From the NCBI RefSeq assembly GCF_006345805.1, contig NW_021836279.1, positions 1 through 24,730 on the forward strand: DNA of 24,730 nucleotides. Reading direction: 5' to 3'. This DNA is from Octopus sinensis (lineage: Eukaryota). A model generated the notes under the pieces. It saw only the letters and a list, made by a program, of their open reading frames with translations. It did not search any database and was not told where the DNA came from. Made by a program: the position numbers and the translations under genes. Of the stretch, positions 18,442 through 24,730 are shown piece after piece (positions within the stretch are counted from its first letter, which is position 1; each line of letters opens with the position of its first letter).

Positions 18442-18926
18442 TAGGGAGAATTCACAAAAAAAACAAAAGACGAAGACAGGTAGGGTAGACAACAACAGAT
18501 GTATTAGTTTAACGCTCGGGAAGTGAGAAGGAGAGTAGGAGTTAAGAAGTAGGAGTCGGAGCAAGAGAAGAGAGGTGGTGGGAGGAAGTAGGTGTGAGAG
18601 GGAGAGTGGAGAGGGAGGGAAGTTAGATGAAGAGGAGAGGAGAACTGAGCCCATGTGACGCAAAGGAGCGAAGAGAGAAGATTAATCCCTGTTCACAGCG
18701 CAAACGGGTGTCCGGATAGCCCTTGTGCAAGGACAATCCCAACACAGACAGGTGTTGCAAAGGGTGACTGATAGAGCGGAAACGGCGCGAGACTGGGGTG
18801 CCATTGCCGAGTTGAATCTCGGAGGTTTTCCGCGAACTGGTCAGCCAAGCGGCGTCCCGTTTGCCCGACGTATAGAGAAGGGCAGAGAGAGCAGGAGATG
18901 CAGTATATGACATTGGTAGAAGTGTG
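18442..18926 (-). mobile_element. Penelope-like element 3' fragment: GIY-YIG endonuclease remnant and 3' UTR
   Basis: Minus strand reads TSTNVIYCISCSLCPSLYVGQTGRRLADQFAENLRD, then a frameshift near 18815, then IQLGNGTPVSRRFRSISHPLQHLSVLGL...EQGLIFSLRSFASHGLSSPLLFI* (stop at 18625-18623). A pyrimidine-rich UTR follows. Confidence 0.88.
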
Positions 18927-18952
18927 CGTATATATATGTATATATATATATG

Positions 18953-19034
18953 ATAATTATTACCTTTGAAGGTTTTTTATTCCCATGCTGGCCACTTGAT
19001 AAGATCGATATTTAAATTAACGATCTTATCCTTA
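18953..19034 (+). repeat. Dispersed repeat; homolog of 355-442
   Basis: Aligns with the reverse complement of 355-442 with one small indel. Confidence 0.8.
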
Positions 19035-19039
19035 TATAC

Positions 19040-19123
<84 letters not shown>

Positions 19124-19124
19124 A

Positions 19125-19329
19125 TAGTAATTCCTCAGCTTTCGCGGGTGTTATGTTCCAAAACCTCCCACATAAATAATTAAAATCTAAAAAAGATATA
19201 TACCTATCGGCCGCAGAAACCCGCGATGTTCTGAGGAATTCGTGATATAAATTTACGTATATTACCCTGAAAAATCCATGATGTACTGCGTGGGCAATAG
19301 GTGAACCACGATATGGCGAGCGATTACTG
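19125..19329. mobile_element. pogo/Tigger-like MITE in TA context
   Basis: The right end read inward is CAGTAATCGCTCGCCATATCGTGGTTCACCTATTGC, and the left end is (T)AGTAATTCCTCAGCTTTCGCGGGT. TA dinucleotides flank both ends. Confidence 0.65.
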
Positions 19330-19333
19330 TATG

Positions 19334-19359
<26 letters not shown>

Positions 19360-19364
<5 letters not shown>

Positions 19365-19525
19365 ACGGGCTTCTTTTAGTTTCCATTTACCAAATCCACT
19401 CACAAGGCTTTGGTCGGCCTGAGGCTATAGATGAAGATACTTGCCTAAGGTGCCACAGAGTAGGACTAAATCCGGATCCATGTGGTTGGGAAACAAACTT
19501 CTTGCCACACAGTCACACCTGCGCC
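19360..19525 (-). mobile_element. SINE family A, 5' half
   Basis: ACGGGCTTCTTT.AGTTTCC.T.TACCAAATCCACTCACAAGGCTTTGGTCGGCC...CCTGCGCC. Confidence 0.85.
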
Positions 19526-19658
19526 TATTATATTTATAAATTCAGAAAACTAATTACAGGTATTTTGTTTTTGGGGATTTGGTTTGCAACATTCTTTATG
19601 TGAGTTGATGTGCTGAAGCCTATTCTGTTGTATCTGGGGAGAGTCATTCTCTTTTAGT

Positions 19659-19760
19659 GCCTTATAATTTAACAAACGCACCGGTAAAATTTCCACATTT
19701 TAGAAAAATAAAAAAGAAATAAGTGGAAATTTTATCGGTGATTGTGTTAAATTATAAGGC
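19659..19760. repeat. 38-bp inverted repeat (foldback/MITE remnant)
   Basis: 19659-19696 pairs with 19723-19760 (34/38) around a 26-nt A-rich loop. Confidence 0.85.
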
Positions 19761-21010
19761 CCTAATTACATGTATTTTGTTTGTTTGTTTTTTGCAAATA
19801 TACAAATAAGAAATGAGGTGCTATTCAATTTTATATTAAGCAATGTTAGCTAGGTGAGATTTAAATCCAGAGTCGAAAGAAACTAAGATTCTCACTGTAG
19901 AGTATTTAATCCAAATCCTACCGTGTCCGCCATCTTGTCGTACATATAATCCTATAATTCTTATGTTTATCGTTGGTATATTCATAATATTATCTTAATG
20001 AGAGTATTACCACCATAGGACGAGTAACTTTGGAGGTATACTTTTGTGATCATGGGTAATATCAGGAAGTATGGCAGACATACAATAATTATAATTTAAT
20101 TTCTATCAAATTTATTGCTGCTTGTACAAAAGGAGGAAATGAAAACTAATTTTCAAAAGAAAAATATTTATTACTTTAAAATGAAATTTAATAAAACTAT
20201 TTTGTTATTTGTATATATGCAATAAAAAATATGTAATTAATTTTCTAAATTTTATCAACCTAATCGCAATGTATGTCATGAAAAACCGGTCTTTAAGAAT
20301 ACGTATTTTTCAGAAATTTTAAAGTCATTCTGCATCTTTCATGTTAACTCTTTATATATCTTCTCTTTTTTTTATTTCCTCTCCCTCTCTTTCTCTATTC
20401 GAGGCAAAATACGACTAGAGAACCAACCGACCAACAAACCAACATTCATATCGGTTATTATTTAGTAGAGATTATCTCACCTTCTATAATTTATTTCATA
20501 CTACGATTTTCCTTCTTTTTTCTTTTTCGTTATTTTTTTCATTTATTAAATCGTGTGTAGAATGTATCATAGATTAAAACAGGTCAGTAAATTAATTATA
20601 TCACTAATCTTAGATTTATAATAGTTATTAAGACTTTCAAAATAGCTGCTTTGTCATATAATTTTCCCGTTGTACATATATAACCAGGTCACATGATGAA
20701 GTGATCAAAGTTTAATGGACACACGTCTGTTTAAGACAGATCTACTTGAATGCGGAATAAAAGCTTTGTAGACGATATCATTAATTTTAATGAACTGAAA
20801 TAAAAGGTGACATTTGAAGTTAAAATTAATAGTGTTCAATCGACAATTACATAATTGCTAATGATGTTTCGTCATTAGCAGCTTAGCTGCATTAATTGAT
20901 TGATATACTGAAGCCAACGTTCAAGCCTTTTTGGTTATAAATCAGTTTCGTTTATTTAGAATTAGGTGTATGTACAGTAGTCGTAACTGACAAGGCGATT
21001 CTCTCTCTTC

Positions 21011-21051
<41 letters not shown>

Positions 21052-21522
21052 AAGGTACCTAATGAAACAACAGCTTGCAATGATAGGAAAAATACAAGCC
21101 GAACCTCTAGACCTTCCATTTCAATTATAATCGATCGATTGTGAACGTATGCTGTCAGGCAAACTGATATTCATCTTATGAAAAATCTACGGTTATACTA
21201 ATAGATTATAACTGCAGAGTCTTCTTTCACGGGGAAGGTAAACATAGTCTGGGCTAAATAACAGTAGCATTCTTCCCTTTCATGGGACTCTCACATTAAG
21301 TTGACAACATACTATCACTTTATAGTGCTCCTACTGCATAAATATCTCTGAGAGATTTAGAAATGTATTATTTCTATAGTCTGGACTGTTCTTAATTGTC
21401 TGTAGGTAAATTTCAATACAAATTTAAATAAATTTCAATTCTCTCTCTCTATCTTACACACACACACACACACTCTCTCTCTCTCTTTCTCTTTCTTTCT
21501 CTCTCACTCTCTCACTCTCTTT

Positions 21523-21554
<32 letters not shown>

Positions 21555-22054
21555 CTTTCTCTTGCTCTCCTTCTGCACAGCAAGGAACTGTGACAAAAAA
21601 GTTACTAAGGAAATTTTCTCATATATCTTAGCTTACCTTTCTCTCTGTGTCTTATAATAAAATAACATAAGTAAAATCAAGAAATTCTCAGAGTTCTCGC
21701 ACTGATGATATTCAACTAGATCGAAATAGCTTCATATACGATTGCTGAAGTTTTCATAACTGAACACGAATTTAAGGAATCCATAACTGAAACGAGAGAT
21801 GACATATCAGATTATATGCTGCACTCTATCTTATCTTAAACACTAACGAAATAAATTAAATACTACTTCTATCAAACGGATTATCTCCCTTGCAGTGGAA
21901 CGACCAATGAAACGACATTTAGTCACCCAAACATTCATAAAAGCTAAAGATAGTATAACCTTAAAACATGAGCAATAAATGCTTTTGAAAAAGAAAGAGA
22001 AGAAAAGTAAGAAGAGAGAAAGAGAGAAGGAGAGATACAGAGTGTCGGGGTTCC

Positions 22055-22288
22055 TGTTGTTGTTGTTGCCTTGTTGCTGCTGTTTTGTTTTTGTTTTGTC
22101 CTAAATCGGTTCTGGTCCAGTGGTCCCACAACCAAAGATATTCCAGCCATGTCATCCGTCTTTTTGTAACTTGGGGACCACTACATAACTCTGTGTGTCT
22201 CCTATTTCGAGACAAATGTTAGGATGGGATTTCGGCAAAATCTGGCTGTGGTTTCTAGCAGACCGAGGAACTGCATACAGGTTTGCAC
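22055..22288 (-). mobile_element. Diverged SINE-like family C with (CAA)n tail
   Basis: Minus-strand CTCGGTCTGCTAGAAACCACAGCC...AAAGACGGATG...GGCTGGAAT.TCTTTGGT aligns with 3845-3965. Confidence 0.65.
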
Positions 22289-22289
22289 G

Positions 22290-22369
<80 letters not shown>

Positions 22370-22425
22370 GATGATGATGTTGTTGTTGTTGTTGTCGTCG
22401 TCGTCGTCGTCGTCGTCGTCGTTGC

Positions 22426-22486
<61 letters not shown>
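22289..22486. repeat. Compound trinucleotide microsatellite (TTG/CTG/ATG/TCG)
   Basis: Directly visible blocks of related triplets. Confidence 0.95.
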
Positions 22487-22487
<1 letters not shown>

Positions 22488-22623
22488 CCACTTCGAACAA
22501 ATTCTGGATCAAATGTATTCAAACCGTTGCAATACTGTCTTTTCTTGTACACAAGGAACTTATGACTACATTAACCAACGCGTCCATTTTGAAAACGATA
22601 GAGTGTAGTTTGAACGAGATTTT

Positions 22624-22680
22624 GGTTTCTATTTCTAGCATGTCGAATGGTCGCACAGAAGCTCTCACATTGACTTGAAA
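22624..22680 (-). mobile_element. Family C fragment
   Basis: Minus-strand GCGACCATTCGACATGCTAGAAATAGAAACC resembles GTGACCGCTCGACCTGCTAGAAATAGCAGCC. Confidence 0.6.
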
Positions 22681-23159
22681 CACTCTCAAGACGAGAATGT
22701 GTTGGGGTGAGAAGTGATAGAAGCAATTTTGAAAAGAGTTTTTCTTCTTCTCAAGGTCACGATCGTTCAAAGTTGTAAGGAAATGGGCACAACAACAAAG
22801 ATAAGCCAGACACAACAAATAAGAAATAATAACAAAGACAAAACAAATAAAACACCATAAACAATATTGTTGAGACGATACTGGCAGAGTTTTGTTGACA
22901 AATATTTTGAAGGGCGGAGAGGGGAGCCGAGCTACGTTGGAAGAATTCGTCTCGAAACAAAAGTGTGGCTTTAACGAGAAACTAGAAAAATCAAATAAAT
23001 AAACGTCTGTGTGTGTGTGTGTGCGCGCGTATGTGTGTGTGGGTGTGCTATCAAATGTTAACAGTCTACACAGTTTTTACCCCGGGTGGGTTGTTTATGA
23101 CTGTCGTGAACAGAACGTGGCTGAATTCTGAGTACACTATCAAATTTTGATATAATAAA

Positions 23160-23660
23160 TGTGTGTGTGTACTTATGTATGTATGTATGTGTGTGTGTGT
23201 GTGTAATGTATGTATACATGTGTGTATGTATATATGTGTGTATGTATGACTGTATGTGTATGTATGTATCTAATGTATGTGTGTATGTATGTATGTATGA
23301 GTGTATGTATGTATGTGTGTATGTATGTATGTGTGTATTATATATATATATGCCAGTATGTATGTATATGCGTGTGTTTATGTATGTAAGTTTGTATGTG
23401 TGTGTGTAATGTATGTATGCATGTGTGTATGTATGACTGTTTGTGTATGTATGTATCTAATGTATGTATATAATATATGTATATAATGTATGTATGTGTG
23501 TGTATGTATGGAGGCTTGTATGAATGTATATATGTATGTAGGTTTGTATGTATGTAGGTAGGTAGGTAGGTATGTAGGTAGGTAGGTAGATTTGTATGTA
23601 TGTATGTACGTATGTAGGTTTGTTTGTATGTATGTATTATGTATGTGTGTGTTTATGTCC
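23160..23660. repeat. Degenerate (TATG)/(TG)/(TAGG) microsatellite field
   Basis: Directly visible. Confidence 0.9.
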
Positions 23661-23884
23661 CTTTTGTATTTAATCACTTAAATTCTTCCTCTGAAGAAGG
23701 AGCTGGTGTCTAACAAAGGTACTGAGCTCCATCATTGGAATTGTAGATAACGAAAACAATGTCACATTATAAACCTGAGAAAAGTCTTGCATATTTTCAC
23801 TGTTCCGCTTACAAATTGTATTTGTAATGTGCGAATCAGTTGGCTGATTTCTCTTTCTGAAAATCCAACTTTATCCACACTGTG

Positions 23885-23928
23885 TACGTATGTATGTATG
23901 TATGTATGTATGTATGTATGTATGTATG

Positions 23929-23959
<31 letters not shown>

Positions 23960-24045
23960 TTATGTATGTAATTATGTATGTATGTATGTATGTATGTATG
24001 TATGTATGTATGTATGTATGTATGTATGTATGTATGTATGTGTAT
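23885..24045. repeat. (TATG)n microsatellite
   Basis: Directly visible. Confidence 0.95.
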
Positions 24046-24049
24046 TATA

Positions 24050-24192
24050 TCTATTTAACCCACAAAATGAGATGCTGACAGGTCGGAACAGACTTGGGAG
24101 TAATAACAATTAAGGGGTGACTGCACGCTCCCTTCAAATCCAGAACTCCAAAACTGGAGCCTCGCCACTGGATGCAGCTTAATGTCTTACCC
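24050..24192 (-). mobile_element. Probable interspersed repeat fragment (unassigned)
   Basis: Minus-strand GGGTAAGACATTAAGCTGCATCCAGTGGCGAGGCTCCAGT... resembles a cephalopod high-copy repeat from recall only. Single copy here. Confidence 0.3.
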
Positions 24193-24645
24193 ATGGGTAG
24201 AGGGGTATCTCGTTATTTTTGACAATACCTTTGGCAAAGTATTGTCTTCTACGAAAAAGATTCTCTGGCATGGGAATTGCGGTCAAAACAGTTACCGGTC
24301 ATCTTGCAGTACTTATTATTTAAATATTCTATTGCGACGGAGAGAGCGGCAAAAGTGTGGCACAAGCCACTTAAATCCAACGCCGTACAGATGTTTCCCT
24401 ATCATTTCGTTTCTTGGTGTTTTGTATTCTATAAATTCCAACGGTGATGGATATCCGCGCACGCGCAAAGATGAAAGGAAATCAGAACAACCAAGGTGAA
24501 TGAGAGACGGTGATCATGTGACAAGATGAGGCAGCCATCATGTGTGTGCGTGAGCGTATGGACATATGTATATACATGTCTATGTATCTATGTGTGCATA
24601 TACACATCCGTGTATGTATGTATGTATGTATATATATATACGCTC

Positions 24646-24730
24646 CTTCTCAAGGGCCGGTTTCCCGGTTTGCTTTTGCGTATAGGTTCCTCACCTGGAC
24701 GGGACGCCGGTCCGTCGCTGGTGAGCTGCA
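24646..24730 (-). mobile_element. SINE family D, 3' part (runs off the window)
   Basis: AAGGGCCGGTTTCCCGGTTT...GCGTATAGGTTCC.CACCTGGACGGGACG.CGGTCCGTC is nearly identical to 10999-11051. Confidence 0.88.

Noticed and set aside
21702-21740. CTGATGA...GAAA hammerhead-like spacing
   Set aside because: No pairable stem II or stem I.
22202-22678. polyN/polyL/polyT/polyV ORFs
   Set aside because: They arise from the compound triplet repeat, and the flanks are SINE fragments.

Overview
AT-rich, microsatellite-dense eukaryotic DNA. Its SINE repertoire looks like a coleoid cephalopod, probably Octopus; this is inferred from recalled repeat families, not from a database search. One credible protein-coding gene is present: a compact 128-aa, two-TM TMEM74/TMEM74B-family protein (10087-10473, +) in a single coding exon behind a strong splice acceptor. 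Most other sequence is retroposon-derived. There are at least four SINE-like families (labelled A-D here), a 5'-truncated R4/Dong-clade LINE flanked on both sides by (TAA)n, an RTE-like 3' end with two C2H2 fingers, a Penelope-like GIY-YIG fragment, a pogo/Tigger-like MITE and a foldback remnant. The most notable signals are three hammerhead-ribozyme-like motifs (117-186 +, 591-649 -, 14812-14849 -), the last tied by sequence to the Penelope fragment. Also notable are a stack of TAA-flanked insertions at 6558-8704 and a trimeric SINE bounded by a perfect 17-bp target-site duplication. Nearly all other ORFs in the supplied track are microsatellite artefacts. All alignments and folds were done by eye.
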